Positions 48,040 to 57,542 of a stretch of DNA of 64,000 nucleotides are shown here, piece after piece; within the stretch, counting starts at the first letter, position 1, and each line of letters begins with the position of its first letter. This DNA is from an uncultured Acidimicrobiales bacterium. GTDB taxonomy: Bacteria > Actinomycetota > Acidimicrobiia > Acidimicrobiales > SHLQ01. The DNA lies in NCBI GenBank assembly GCA_964451305.1, contig CAYVHV010000004.1, positions 36,417 to 100,416 of the forward strand, written 5' to 3'. Under the pieces are notes generated by a model. The model had not been told where the DNA came from, did no database searches, and saw only the letters and a list, made by a program, of their open reading frames with translations. Position numbers and translations under genes: made by a program.

Positions 48040-49584
48040 GTGACGCGCCTCGGTTTTCTTCTCGACAGTGATAATTGCATTGGATGTCACGCCTGCACGG
48101 TTGCGTGTAAGAGTGAACACGACGTGCCGCTCGGCGTGAATCGCACCTGGGTCAAATACATCGAAACGGGCACGTTCCCCGATGTTGCACGCAAGTTCAA
48201 TGTGATGCGGTGCAACCAATGCGAGGACGCACCGTGCATGACGATTTGTCCGACGTCGGCGCTGTTCCGATCGGACAACGGTGTGGTCGACTTTCAAGAC
48301 GATGACTGCATTGGTTGCAAGTCCTGCATGAACGCGTGCCCATACGACGCGCTGTACATCAACCCTGAGACAAACACGGCGCACAAGTGCAACATGTGCA
48401 ATCACCGATTGGAACAGAACCTTGAACCCTCCTGCCAGATCGTGTGCCCGACCGAGGCGATCATCATCGGCGACCTCGACGATCCAACGTCGAAGATCAG
48501 CCAGCTGATCAGCCGCAACGACGTCGCCGTTCGAGCACCTGAGCAGAACACCGTGCCAAAGGTGTTCTACAAAGGCGCAGATCAGGCATCGCTCGACCCG
48601 ACCCGAACCGCAATTGCCAACGACGGCATGATCTGGACAGACACCACCGACGAACACCCCTCGGTGCCGGTCGCGATCGGCAAGAAACCTACCGATATCG
48701 ACGGTGTCGTCGCTCGCACCACGTACACGACCAAACACACTCAAACGTGGGGTCAGATGGTCTCGGGCTACCTCGTCACCAAAGCCATCGCTGGTGGCGC
48801 AATGCTCATCGCTGCGCTCATGGTGCTTCTCGGTCACGCGGATGAACAGGGCAGCGTCGCCATCATGGCGCCGATCGTCGCGCTCATCTTCCTCGGCGTT
48901 ACGAGCGGCCTGCTCGTGTTCGACCTGAAACAACCCGGGCGTTTCTACTACCTGCTGACCAAGGGCAACTGGAGCTCGTGGCTCGTCAAAGGCGCCTATG
49001 TCCTGATGGCGTTCAGCATCGTCAGCCTCACCTGGCTCATCGCCGGCATCGCAGGCAGCGAGTCCTTGTTGCATATCCTTGCCATCCCCGCAGCTCTCAC
49101 CGGTTTCGCCGTCGCCGGATACACCGCCTTTCTCTTCGCACAGTGTGAGGGTCGCGATCTTTGGCAGACGCCACTGTTGCTTCCGATGCTCCTCGCACGT
49201 TCGGTCACAGCGGGCGCCGCAACCTGGCTTATCGCAGACATCTTCGTCAACGTTCCAGAACCCGCAGCGGTGTTCTGGGCGTTGGTTGGAGGCGTGACCG
49301 CCGTGCTCGCCCTCAGTTGGATGGAAAGCGTCAGCCACGGTAGTCGCCACGTCGAACTCGCCGTCCACTCCATGGTCAAAGGCGAGCATCGTTCGCTCTT
49401 TTGGACCGGCATCATTCTCGGAGCGGTCATCCCACTCGTACTGGCCATTATCGCTCTCGGCGCGGGAGCAACATCGAGCGCTGCGGTCGGCCTCGGTGTC
49501 CTGGCCGGAGTGTTCGCACTCGCCGGCATGTTCCTGTCGGAGACCGCCTTCATCCGTGCCGGCCAATCCGTTCCGCTTTCCTGA
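48040..49584 (+). CDS. 4x[4Fe-4S] ferredoxin (PsrB/TtrB-like) fused to NrfD/PsrC-type membrane anchor
   Basis: CIGCHACTVAC, CNQCEDAPCMTICP, CIGCKSCMNACP, KCNMC...CQIVCP; then about 8 TM with DLKQPGRF..SWL; CACAAT-N6-GTG start. Confidence 0.9.
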   Translation: MTRLGFLLDSDNCIGCHACTVACKSEHDVPLGVNRTWVKYIETGTFPDVARKFNVMRCNQCEDAPCMTICPTSALFRSDNGVVDFQDDDCIGCKSCMNACPYDALYINPETNTAHKCNMCNHRLEQNLEPSCQIVCPTEAIIIGDLDDPTSKISQLISRNDVAVRAPEQNTVPKVFYKGADQASLDPTRTAIANDGMIWTDTTDEHPSVPVAIGKKPTDIDGVVARTTYTTKHTQTWGQMVSGYLVTKAIAGGAMLIAALMVLLGHADEQGSVAIMAPIVALIFLGVTSGLLVFDLKQPGRFYYLLTKGNWSSWLVKGAYVLMAFSIVSLTWLIAGIAGSESLLHILAIPAALTGFAVAGYTAFLFAQCEGRDLWQTPLLLPMLLARSVTAGAATWLIADIFVNVPEPAAVFWALVGGVTAVLALSWMESVSHGSRHVELAVHSMVKGEHRSLFWTGIILGAVIPLVLAIIALGAGATSSAAVGLGVLAGVFALAGMFLSETAFIRAGQSVPLS

Positions 49585-49625
49585 ACCTCCTTCGACGACG
49601 TCTCCCTGAAAGAAACTGCCGCACC

Positions 49626-52556
49626 ATGACCGAACTTCAGAAGTACCCGCCACTCGAGGATTGGCACGACATCACGAGCCTCGATGCCAAAGCGTGGCCG
49701 ACCAAGGTCGAAAAGCACCACACCCTCGTGCCGACCAGCTGCTTTAACTGCGAGGCCGGTTGTGGTCTGACGGCGTGGTTCAACAAGGACACCGGTGAGA
49801 TCGAGAAAGTCGAAGGTAATCCCGAGCATCCTGCGAGTCGCGGTCGCAACTGTGCGAAGGGTCCAGCGACGCTCAATCAGATCTATGACCCCGAGCGAAT
49901 CATGTTTCCGATGAAACGGGTGGGTGAGCGAGGCTCTGGCGGGTGGGAGCGGATCAGCTGGGACCAGGCGCTCGAAGAGATTGGCGGTCGGCTTCGCAAA
50001 GCAATGCAAGAAGACCGGCATAACGAGATCATGTATCACGTCGGTCGCCCCGGCGAAGAGGGATACACCAACCGCGTGCTTCAAGCGTGGGGCGTGGACG
50101 GCCACAACAGCCACACAAACATCTGCTCGTCGAACGCGCGCATTGGCTATCAGAGCTGGATGGGTCACGACCGCCCGTCGGCGGACTACGCAAACGCCAA
50201 GGTCATCTTCCTGATCTCGGCCCACCTCGAGTCCGGCCACTACTTCAACCCGCACGCACAACGAATCATCGAAGCTCAGCAGAATGGCGCAACGGTGATC
50301 GTGTGTGATCCGCGCCTATCGAACACCGGCTCCAAAGCCGACCATTGGCTTCCGACGTGGCCGGGAACCGAGCCGTTCCTCTGCCTTTCGATCATCCATC
50401 AGCTGCTCGAGGACGACACGTGGAACAAAGCGTTCGTCGAGCGCTGGGTGAACTGGGAGACCTTCCTCGCCGAAGAATTCCCCGATATGCCAAACGAGTT
50501 CGCGAGTGTCGGCCCAGCGCTCAAGGAGCACTACGCCGAGTACACCCCAGAGCGCGCCGAGCACATCACTGGTATCTCCGCCGATCAGGTTCGCGAGATC
50601 GCAACGGTGATCGGCGAGAACCCGACCAAGTTCGCCTCGCACAACTGGCGTGCTGCAGGAGCGGGGAACATGGGCGGCTGGCAGGTCGCCCGGTGTCTCT
50701 TCTTTATTGCGGTGATGACGGGATCGGTCGCAACCGTTGGTGGAACGAGCGGCAACGGTTGGAACAAGTTCAAACCAGCAGCCCCGCTCGGTGCTCCGGG
50801 TATCGAACGTTGGAACGATCTGGAATGGCCGAAGGAATTTCCCCTCGCGTATCACGAGATGTCGATCCTGCTGCCGCACTTTCTGAACGAGGGCCGGGGC
50901 AAGCTCGACACCTACTTCAGCCGTGTGTACAACCCAATCTGGACCAACCCTGATGGCTTCAGTTGGATGGAGGCGCTGACGGACCCTGAGAAGGTCGAGT
51001 GTCATGTCGCCCTCACCCCAACCTGGAGCGAGACCGCATGGTTTGCCGACTACGTGTTGCCGATGGGCGTCGGCGCTGAACGTCACGATGTGGTCAGCTA
51101 CGAAACGCATCAAGGTCGTTGGATTGCCTTCCGGCAGAGCGTGTTCCGTCGATTCGCCGAGATCCAAGGGGAAGATGTTGATGCGCGTTCGCGCACCCAC
51201 GAATTCAATCCGGGAGAGGTCTGGGAAGAGAACGAGTTCTGGATCGACCTCAGCTGGGCGATCGACCCCGACGGCGAGATGGGCATTCGCAAATGGTTCG
51301 AGTCGGTCAAAGAGCCTGGCACTCCGATCGGTATCGACGAGTACTACGAGATCATGTTCACCGAGAACGTGCCGGGGCTCAAAGAAGAGGCCGAAGCCGC
51401 CGGCGAAACCCCGCTGGAGTACATGCGTAACCGCGGGTCCTACTCAATCCCCGGTGACCAAGAAACGCCGTATGAGCGAGACGTCGACCCATCTCTGGTC
51501 GACGGGTGTGAGAGAGATGAGGCCGGTGTGTATCGCAAGCCCGGCAGCGCAGGCATGTGGGACGGGACTCCGGAAGGTCTCGCCGATATCAAACTCGCCG
51601 GGCTTGGCGACGGCTCACCTGCGATTGAGATCGACGGTGAACTCAAAGAGGGCTTCGTCACGCCATCAAAGAAGCTCGAGCTCTACTCGACCACGCTCAA
51701 AGATTGGGGCTGGCCCGAGTATGCGACGCCGAAGTGGATTCCAAGTCACGTCCACTGGGAAGAGCTCGACATGGAGCCAGATGGAAACGGATCGCTCGGC
51801 AACGAACGCATCTTGTTACCGACATTTCGCATACCAACGCTCATCCACACTCGTTCAGCGAACTCGAAATGGCTTTCGGAGATCAGCCACCGGCATCCGT
51901 TGTGGCTTCACCCGGAAGACGCAGAGAAGCTCGGCATTGAGGAGAACGGACTCGTCCGCGTCACGACCCGAATCGGTCACTTTGTGATCAGCGCCTGGCA
52001 GACCGAAGGGATTCGTCCTGGCATCGTCGCAGCATCGCATCACATGGGACGCTGGCGCCTCGAGGAGGACAAGGCCCGCAGTTGGGGAGCCGGAAAGGCA
52101 GACATCATGGCGCCATCGGCGAAGCCGATGGTGGCCAACGGTTCTGGAACGAGCGATGCGGGCTCCACGACGGCGGCCGGAACCAGCTTCGAAGAAGATG
52201 GCGGAGAATGGCGCCTGCGTCGCACCGACGGCATTCGTACGTGGAACTCTTCTGACGCGGACACGAATCGAATTTGGTGGACCGATACCGGCGTTCACCA
52301 GAACCTCACGTTCTCGGTGCAGCCAGACCCGATCTCGGGCATGCAGTGTTGGCATCAGCGTGTACGAGTCACCCCAGCCGAGGCTGGTGATCAATACGGT
52401 GACGTCGTCGTCGACACCAGCAAGTCGCGCGAGGCGTACCTCGAGTGGCTCGAAAAAACGCGACCGGCGCCAGGCCCAGGTGGGCTTCGCCGGCCGCTCT
52501 GGTATGCGCGGCCGCTCAAGCCGACCGCACCGACCTACCTCAGTCCTGACGCCTAG
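49626..52556 (+). CDS. Bis-MGD molybdopterin oxidoreductase catalytic subunit (Psr/Phs/Ttr/Soe-like, no Tat signal)
   Basis: CFNCEAGC...CAKG FS0 motif, DPERIMFP, HTNIC putative Mo-Cys ligand, DPRLS, SETAWFADYVLP, HPEDAEKLG. Confidence 0.9.
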   Translation: MTELQKYPPLEDWHDITSLDAKAWPTKVEKHHTLVPTSCFNCEAGCGLTAWFNKDTGEIEKVEGNPEHPASRGRNCAKGPATLNQIYDPERIMFPMKRVGERGSGGWERISWDQALEEIGGRLRKAMQEDRHNEIMYHVGRPGEEGYTNRVLQAWGVDGHNSHTNICSSNARIGYQSWMGHDRPSADYANAKVIFLISAHLESGHYFNPHAQRIIEAQQNGATVIVCDPRLSNTGSKADHWLPTWPGTEPFLCLSIIHQLLEDDTWNKAFVERWVNWETFLAEEFPDMPNEFASVGPALKEHYAEYTPERAEHITGISADQVREIATVIGENPTKFASHNWRAAGAGNMGGWQVARCLFFIAVMTGSVATVGGTSGNGWNKFKPAAPLGAPGIERWNDLEWPKEFPLAYHEMSILLPHFLNEGRGKLDTYFSRVYNPIWTNPDGFSWMEALTDPEKVECHVALTPTWSETAWFADYVLPMGVGAERHDVVSYETHQGRWIAFRQSVFRRFAEIQGEDVDARSRTHEFNPGEVWEENEFWIDLSWAIDPDGEMGIRKWFESVKEPGTPIGIDEYYEIMFTENVPGLKEEAEAAGETPLEYMRNRGSYSIPGDQETPYERDVDPSLVDGCERDEAGVYRKPGSAGMWDGTPEGLADIKLAGLGDGSPAIEIDGELKEGFVTPSKKLELYSTTLKDWGWPEYATPKWIPSHVHWEELDMEPDGNGSLGNERILLPTFRIPTLIHTRSANSKWLSEISHRHPLWLHPEDAEKLGIEENGLVRVTTRIGHFVISAWQTEGIRPGIVAASHHMGRWRLEEDKARSWGAGKADIMAPSAKPMVANGSGTSDAGSTTAAGTSFEEDGGEWRLRRTDGIRTWNSSDADTNRIWWTDTGVHQNLTFSVQPDPISGMQCWHQRVRVTPAEAGDQYGDVVVDTSKSREAYLEWLEKTRPAPGPGGLRRPLWYARPLKPTAPTYLSPDA

Positions 52557-52578
52557 TCAGAACCGTGGCGTCGTCGTG

Positions 52579-52671
52579 TCAGGTGTTGGCGTCTTCGCTT
52601 ACTAGAGCGGCTACCAATGCCGCCAAACCAACGGCCAAAGAGCCAATCGTTGCCGTGAACATTGTCTTCAT
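52579..52671 (-). CDS. Small single-TM protein, 30 aa (MKTMFTATIGSLAVGLAALVAALVSEDANT)
   Basis: Read manually; GGGAG RBS 6 nt upstream; AT-rich promoter-like region upstream. Confidence 0.55.
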   Translation of the reverse strand: MKTMFTATIGSLAVGLAALVAALVSEDANT

Positions 52672-52872
52672 CGCGAACTCCCGTCTTATGTGCTCGTGTA
52701 CGCATATCTAAGCACAGTTGTGTGACAAATTACTCTCGGTAGGGTTACGACTAATTGAACCTCAGAGAGTGGTTAATCGGCCACAGGGTTCGGGAACCTG
52801 AGAGGTTTCTGGCTGGCCTGTCGTGACGATCCGATCAGGTGAACGAAGGAGCCAAACGAGTGATTTCGTGCC

Positions 52873-53250
52873 CTACAGCGGGTGGGCAATAACTTCGGTT
52901 GCAATACCACCGCGAACGTTCTGGCTGAGTGTCACCTCGACATCGGTAACTCCGTCCAGCTCGGCAACCTTGTCGGCAAGCTCGCCAGCGAGATGTTCGG
53001 CGAAGATTCGTCGATCTCGGTAGGTGGTTAACCAGAGTTTCAGCGACTTCGACTCGATCGCATTCGATACGGCCGTATAGCGAATCTTCGCGGCGTAGAT
53101 GTCTGGCTGGATACCTTCGACAGCTGGGCAGAGGGCTTGCAGCTCGTTGGTCGTGAACGTGATCACGATCGGTCTGTCGACCGGAAAGGTGTCGAGCCGG
53201 CCGTATTCGTCCTCGGAGACTGCCCGGCCGAGCATGAAATCGTTGGTCAT
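52873..53250 (-). CDS. queF: Type I QueF-like 7-cyano-7-deazaguanine reductase (T-fold)
   Basis: Catalytic LCP...QPD, QueF motif ESKSLKLW, FAE, C-terminal RGGI; TAGCCT-N7-ATG start. Confidence 0.8.
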   Translation of the reverse strand: MTNDFMLGRAVSEDEYGRLDTFPVDRPIVITFTTNELQALCPAVEGIQPDIYAAKIRYTAVSNAIESKSLKLWLTTYRDRRIFAEHLAGELADKVAELDGVTDVEVTLSQNVRGGIATEVIAHPL

Positions 53251-53275
53251 GCTCGTCAGGCTAGGGGAGCGAGAG

Positions 53276-53944
53276 CTACTCCCAAGTCTCGAGTTCGTCG
53301 CTGCGACCCAGTTTGGCGAGACGCTCTCGAATCCACAGGGGAGTTTCGATTCCTTCCCCGGCACGAGCCGCAGCCATTCGTTCGCCATTCGCATCCCAGA
53401 CGTGGCACGAATCGCTGATGAACACGAACGCATTCTCCTGTTGTGCATCGTTTCGCCGGTCAGCATGCCAAGCATCTGCCGGATTGCGATCAGGGTCTAC
53501 AGCCTCCATTGAGTAGATCGACTGGATCGCCACCGGAGCCATCGCACGGAGCAACGAAACAACGTGCGTGCATCCTTTCGGTCCGCCAAAGAGCGTCGTC
53601 AGCTGGCGACTAAAGCCGCGAGCGATCGACAGGCCGACGAGCGATGCGAAGGCGGGTTCGATCGATGGACACGTCAGGTGTGGATGTGTATCGAGGACCA
53701 CATCGACCGACGTGATCTCGAGGAGCGGAAAGCTGACGATCATGTCGACATACATGTCGTGGACATCGAGTGGCTCGTCATCGTCTCGAACGTAGAGACC
53801 GGCAGGCTTTGTATCGGTGACGCGGCCACGCAACCGCATGTGGTTCGCGTCGAATCGATAGGTCTTCACGTCGTACACGCGAGTGTGTATTGGAATCTCT
53901 TCCTCCCCTGGTGGTGCAGGGATCCGGCTCGCAGTCGTACTCAT
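53276..53944 (-). CDS. DUF2889 domain protein
   Basis: IHTR.Y, HDM, PH.TCP, GL.IARGF, GGPKGCTH...LL..MAP, SCH.W. Confidence 0.8.
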   Translation of the reverse strand: MSTTASRIPAPPGEEEIPIHTRVYDVKTYRFDANHMRLRGRVTDTKPAGLYVRDDDEPLDVHDMYVDMIVSFPLLEITSVDVVLDTHPHLTCPSIEPAFASLVGLSIARGFSRQLTTLFGGPKGCTHVVSLLRAMAPVAIQSIYSMEAVDPDRNPADAWHADRRNDAQQENAFVFISDSCHVWDANGERMAAARAGEGIETPLWIRERLAKLGRSDELETWE

Positions 53945-53980
53945 TGGTTCAACGTAGTCGGGAGCCGTACGCTTGTGCGT

Positions 53981-54442
53981 ATGGGAACGGTAGTTGCGTT
54001 GCAGATCTCGCTTGCGTCACGAATGGACATGCGGTCGGTGGACGTTGTCCGCATCGAGGATGGTCACGGCATCACCGGCGATCGTTATGAGAACGCTCGC
54101 CACCGCCAGGTGACCGTGCAGACACTCGAAGAGATCGCATTGGCCGAAGAAGAACATGGCGCGCCGATCAAGGCATTCGACACTCGACGCAACATCACCG
54201 TCGATACCGGACGGCTGGACCGGACGCCTGGAGCTCGGGCGACCTTCACGAATGCGGCTGGTGACGTGGTCGAGCTCGAAGTCGTGCGCGACGCAGCGCC
54301 GTGCAAGCTCCTCGAAGACAACATCGGTCGCGGAGCCAAGCTCGCAATGCACAAACGCGCTGGTGTGGTGTACCGGACAATTTCTGGCGGCGAGATCGCG
54401 ATCGGCGACACGTTCGCCATGGTTCCGTTCGCCGAGAACTAA
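53981..54442 (+). CDS. MOSC domain protein
   Basis: GITGDRY, RQVT, RRNITV, PCKLLE, GGEIAIGD; TACGCT-N7-ATG start. Confidence 0.85.
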   Translation: MGTVVALQISLASRMDMRSVDVVRIEDGHGITGDRYENARHRQVTVQTLEEIALAEEEHGAPIKAFDTRRNITVDTGRLDRTPGARATFTNAAGDVVELEVVRDAAPCKLLEDNIGRGAKLAMHKRAGVVYRTISGGEIAIGDTFAMVPFAEN

Positions 54443-54517
54443 CGAGTGGGGCACTGCCAGAATTGGGTTGACTCGCCAAAGCGGCCCGAGTGTTGCACAC
54501 TGAGACGTGAGGTCCTC

Positions 54518-55540
54518 ATGACGCAGAGTGAACAATTGGCCAGAGCGGTATCGGCGGGCAACGCGTGGAGCGTTTCCCAAGAGCTTGCTCTCAACGGTGA
54601 CGAGCAAGCGCTCGAGCTCAGCAACCTCTGTTCGAAGATCTTCGAAGAGACCGAAGTGGAGGCGCAACGGCTCGCTCGGCTCGCCGCCGACCTCGACGCC
54701 ACCGTCACCCCAGATCGTGGAGGTCAGCTACACCTCATCGAGGTTGCTGCGGCGACCCGAGAGGATGCGCAGCGCTTCGTCCTTCGCATTCAACGCGATG
54801 GCTACGTTGGTTGGCAGCAGTTCGATGGCGCCGCAGCCGAATCCTTCTTCCGGCACGAACGCCAGGCGACACTGGTCCGCCTCGAAGGTACTGCGTTCAC
54901 CGTGGCTGTCACATGGGGGCAATCTCGGCGCGCCGCCCGCCTTCCCCGTCCGCTTCGTCCAACCGCGGCCGACCACAACTTTGTTGGCCTCCCTCAGAAG
55001 CTCTGGCCCGCGTACATCGCAGTTCGACCGGTGAGACTCGTCTCGGATAAAGTTCGACGGACGGGCGGAAACCAACGTTCGCTCGGTCCGATCCTCAGTA
55101 CGCCCGACTCGCTCCTAGGCCCGTTGTTCGACTTTGCTGAGATCGAATCTGGGGATCACCTCGTCGACCTCGGATGTGGCGAAGGTCGAGTCGTCCTCGC
55201 CGCAGCTGAGCAGCGCGGCTGTGGGGCGACCGGAGTCGAGAAAGACCCTCGCCTTGTCGACATTGCCCAAAAGCGGCTCGCCAGCTCCTCGGTCAACTCG
55301 CGGCAGGTGCGAATCATCGAAGCCGACGCCGCCGACTTCTCACTACGCGGTACGAGTGTCGTCTTTCTCTTCATCCCCGCCGAAGAAGTCGCCGACACGG
55401 TGTACAAAATTCGCGCCAACGGATTCGAAGGACGGATCATCTCGCACGAACAACGCTACATACCCGGCGGAATTCGGCCCATCGAATCAAAGGTCCTCAT
55501 CGGCGCGAATGCGCTCACCGTGGCGCACCGCTGGCCCTAA
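54518..55540 (+). CDS. Class I SAM methyltransferase with N-terminal nucleotidyltransferase-like remnant
   Basis: STP...DLGCGEGRVV, GVEKD, VVFLF; preceded by RPTAAD..LPQKLWPAYIAVRPVRL. Confidence 0.75.
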   Translation: MTQSEQLARAVSAGNAWSVSQELALNGDEQALELSNLCSKIFEETEVEAQRLARLAADLDATVTPDRGGQLHLIEVAAATREDAQRFVLRIQRDGYVGWQQFDGAAAESFFRHERQATLVRLEGTAFTVAVTWGQSRRAARLPRPLRPTAADHNFVGLPQKLWPAYIAVRPVRLVSDKVRRTGGNQRSLGPILSTPDSLLGPLFDFAEIESGDHLVDLGCGEGRVVLAAAEQRGCGATGVEKDPRLVDIAQKRLASSSVNSRQVRIIEADAADFSLRGTSVVFLFIPAEEVADTVYKIRANGFEGRIISHEQRYIPGGIRPIESKVLIGANALTVAHRWP

Positions 55541-55571
55541 GCAACCGGCAGCAATTCCGGTCGCCAGAGGA

Positions 55572-57476
55572 CTAGCGAGCTCGTAGGAAGGTGACCGACA
55601 ACGGTGGGAGTGTCAGCCAGATCGATTGCTCAAATCCGTTGTGGTTGTGCGGCGTGGTGGTGTAGGTGGCCGGGTGTTCATATCCTGAGCCGCCGTAGGC
55701 CTCATCGTCGCTACATAGCAACACTTCCCAACTTCCAGCAGCGGGCACTCCGGTCATCACGTCATGGCGAGGAACCGGCGTGCCGTTGAACGCGACGACG
55801 ACCATGTCGCCGTCGCTATCGGTGCGAAGCGACGTCAGGATGCTCCGATCTTCGTCGTTGCCATCGATCCAACGGAACCCAGCTGCGTCGTTATCGAGCG
55901 TGTAGAGGGCGGGTACCGAGCGGTAGACGTGATTGAGTGCGGCCACCCACTGGAGGACACCTTCGTGAGCGTCTTCGCTCGTGAGGTGCCATGGCAAACT
56001 GTCGTCGTGGGCCCACTCGGTCCACGGGGCCAGCTCACTGCCCATGAACAGCAGCTTCTTGCCCGGGGTGCCGAACATCAAGCCGTACAGGCTTCGGAGG
56101 TTTGCGAACTTCTGCCAGTCGTCGCCCGGCATCTTCGCAAGCAACGACCCCTTGCCGTGTACCACCTCGTCGTGGCTGAGCGGCAGGATGAAATTCTCGC
56201 TGAACCCATAGATCGATCGGAACGTCAACTTGTTGTGGTGGTAGCGGCGGTGGACCGGATCTTCGGAGAAGTACTCGAGGGTGTCGTTCATCCAGCCCAT
56301 GTCCCACTTGAAACCAAAGCCGAGCCCCCCGCTGGTGGTCGGCCGTGTCACTCCTGGCCAGGCCGTGGACTCTTCGGCGATCATCAAGATGTCGGGGAAC
56401 GCGGCGTACATCTCGTGGTTCAGTTGTTGGAGAAACGAGATCGCTTCGAGGTTTTCTCGCCCGCCGTACTGGTTGGGAATCCAGTCATCTCCACGGCTGT
56501 AATCGCGATAGAGCATCGACGCAACGGCATCGACACGGATGCCATCGATATGGAATGCCTCGAGCCAAAAGCGGGCGCTCGATAGGAGGAAGCTCCGGAC
56601 TTCGTGTCGTCCGTAATTGAAGATCGAGCTCTTCCAGTCGGGGTGGAAGCCCTCCCTCGGATCAGCATGTTCATACAGAGCCGTGCCGTCGAAGTTGTTG
56701 AGTGCGAACTCATCGGTCGGGAAGTGTGAAGGCACCCAGTCGAGGATCACACCGATACCGGCCTCATGGAAGGCGTTGATCAGCGCCATGAGCTCTTGGG
56801 GATCCCCGTAGCGCGATGTGGCAGCGAAGTATCCGGTTGTCTGATACCCCCAGCTCGCATACAGCGGATGTTCGGTAATCGGGAGTAGTTCGACGTGTGT
56901 GAAGCCCATCTTCGACACGTGATCGACGAGCGCGTCGACATGCTCGGTGTAGGTCAGCGAGCGATGTTCGGGAGCGAGTGTTCGCCGCCAAGAACCGAGG
57001 TGGACCTCGTAGATCGAGATCGGCTGATCCCATTTGTTGACCTCTGCTCGCCGGTCGAGCCAGGTGCTATCGGTCCACTCGTAGCTCAGGTCGGTGAGCA
57101 CCGAAGCGGTCGCCGGTGCGATTTCTGACTGGAACGCGAGCGGGTCCGCCTTTTCAACGACTCGTCCGTAACTCGATTCGACCCGGAACTTATAGCGGTC
57201 ACCCGCGGTCAACCCCGCGACGAACCCACCCCACACGCCGCTCGAACCAATCGGCTCGAGGCTGTGGCCTGGGTGCGTCCACTCGTTGAAATCGCCAATG
57301 ACCCCGACCGATGCAGCATTTGGCGCCCACACCGTGAATCTGGCACCGGAAACACCATCGGCCTGGTCGAGTCGACCCCCCAGCCCATGCCAGAGTCGCG
57401 TGTTGTCTCCGGCGTTAAAAAGGTACTGGTCATCGGCGGTAAACCAGCGGCTTGGATCGATCGGCTCGGTGTTCAT
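55572..57476 (-). CDS. glgB: 1,4-alpha-glucan branching enzyme
   Basis: VWAPNA, YEVHLGSW, SWGYQ, DWVPSHFP, DGIRVDAVASMLY, AEESTAWP, LSHDEVVHGK. Confidence 0.97.
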   Translation of the reverse strand: MNTEPIDPSRWFTADDQYLFNAGDNTRLWHGLGGRLDQADGVSGARFTVWAPNAASVGVIGDFNEWTHPGHSLEPIGSSGVWGGFVAGLTAGDRYKFRVESSYGRVVEKADPLAFQSEIAPATASVLTDLSYEWTDSTWLDRRAEVNKWDQPISIYEVHLGSWRRTLAPEHRSLTYTEHVDALVDHVSKMGFTHVELLPITEHPLYASWGYQTTGYFAATSRYGDPQELMALINAFHEAGIGVILDWVPSHFPTDEFALNNFDGTALYEHADPREGFHPDWKSSIFNYGRHEVRSFLLSSARFWLEAFHIDGIRVDAVASMLYRDYSRGDDWIPNQYGGRENLEAISFLQQLNHEMYAAFPDILMIAEESTAWPGVTRPTTSGGLGFGFKWDMGWMNDTLEYFSEDPVHRRYHHNKLTFRSIYGFSENFILPLSHDEVVHGKGSLLAKMPGDDWQKFANLRSLYGLMFGTPGKKLLFMGSELAPWTEWAHDDSLPWHLTSEDAHEGVLQWVAALNHVYRSVPALYTLDNDAAGFRWIDGNDEDRSILTSLRTDSDGDMVVVAFNGTPVPRHDVMTGVPAAGSWEVLLCSDDEAYGGSGYEHPATYTTTPHNHNGFEQSIWLTLPPLSVTFLRAR

Positions 57477-57542
57477 TGAGAGAGTCTTGCCGATCTTGGC
57501 CCCCGAGTCCCAAGCTGCCCGGAATGATTGCTCGGGAGTGGT

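Noticed and set aside
48004-49653. 549-aa minus-strand ORF, and similar long antisense ORFs such as 18325-19440, 29479-30639, 43818-44852 and 59331-60338
   Set aside because: They shadow well-supported genes on the opposite strand, have no motifs, and are expected from high-GC codon bias.
9863-52556. Selenocysteine recoding in the molybdoenzymes
   Set aside because: Both catalytic ORFs are uninterrupted; the putative Mo ligand of the bis-MGD enzyme is a Cys codon and no in-frame TGA is needed.
52672-52872. preQ1 riboswitch near queF
   Set aside because: The region is downstream of queF and lacks a recognisable preQ1 stem plus A-rich tail; queF appears leaderless.
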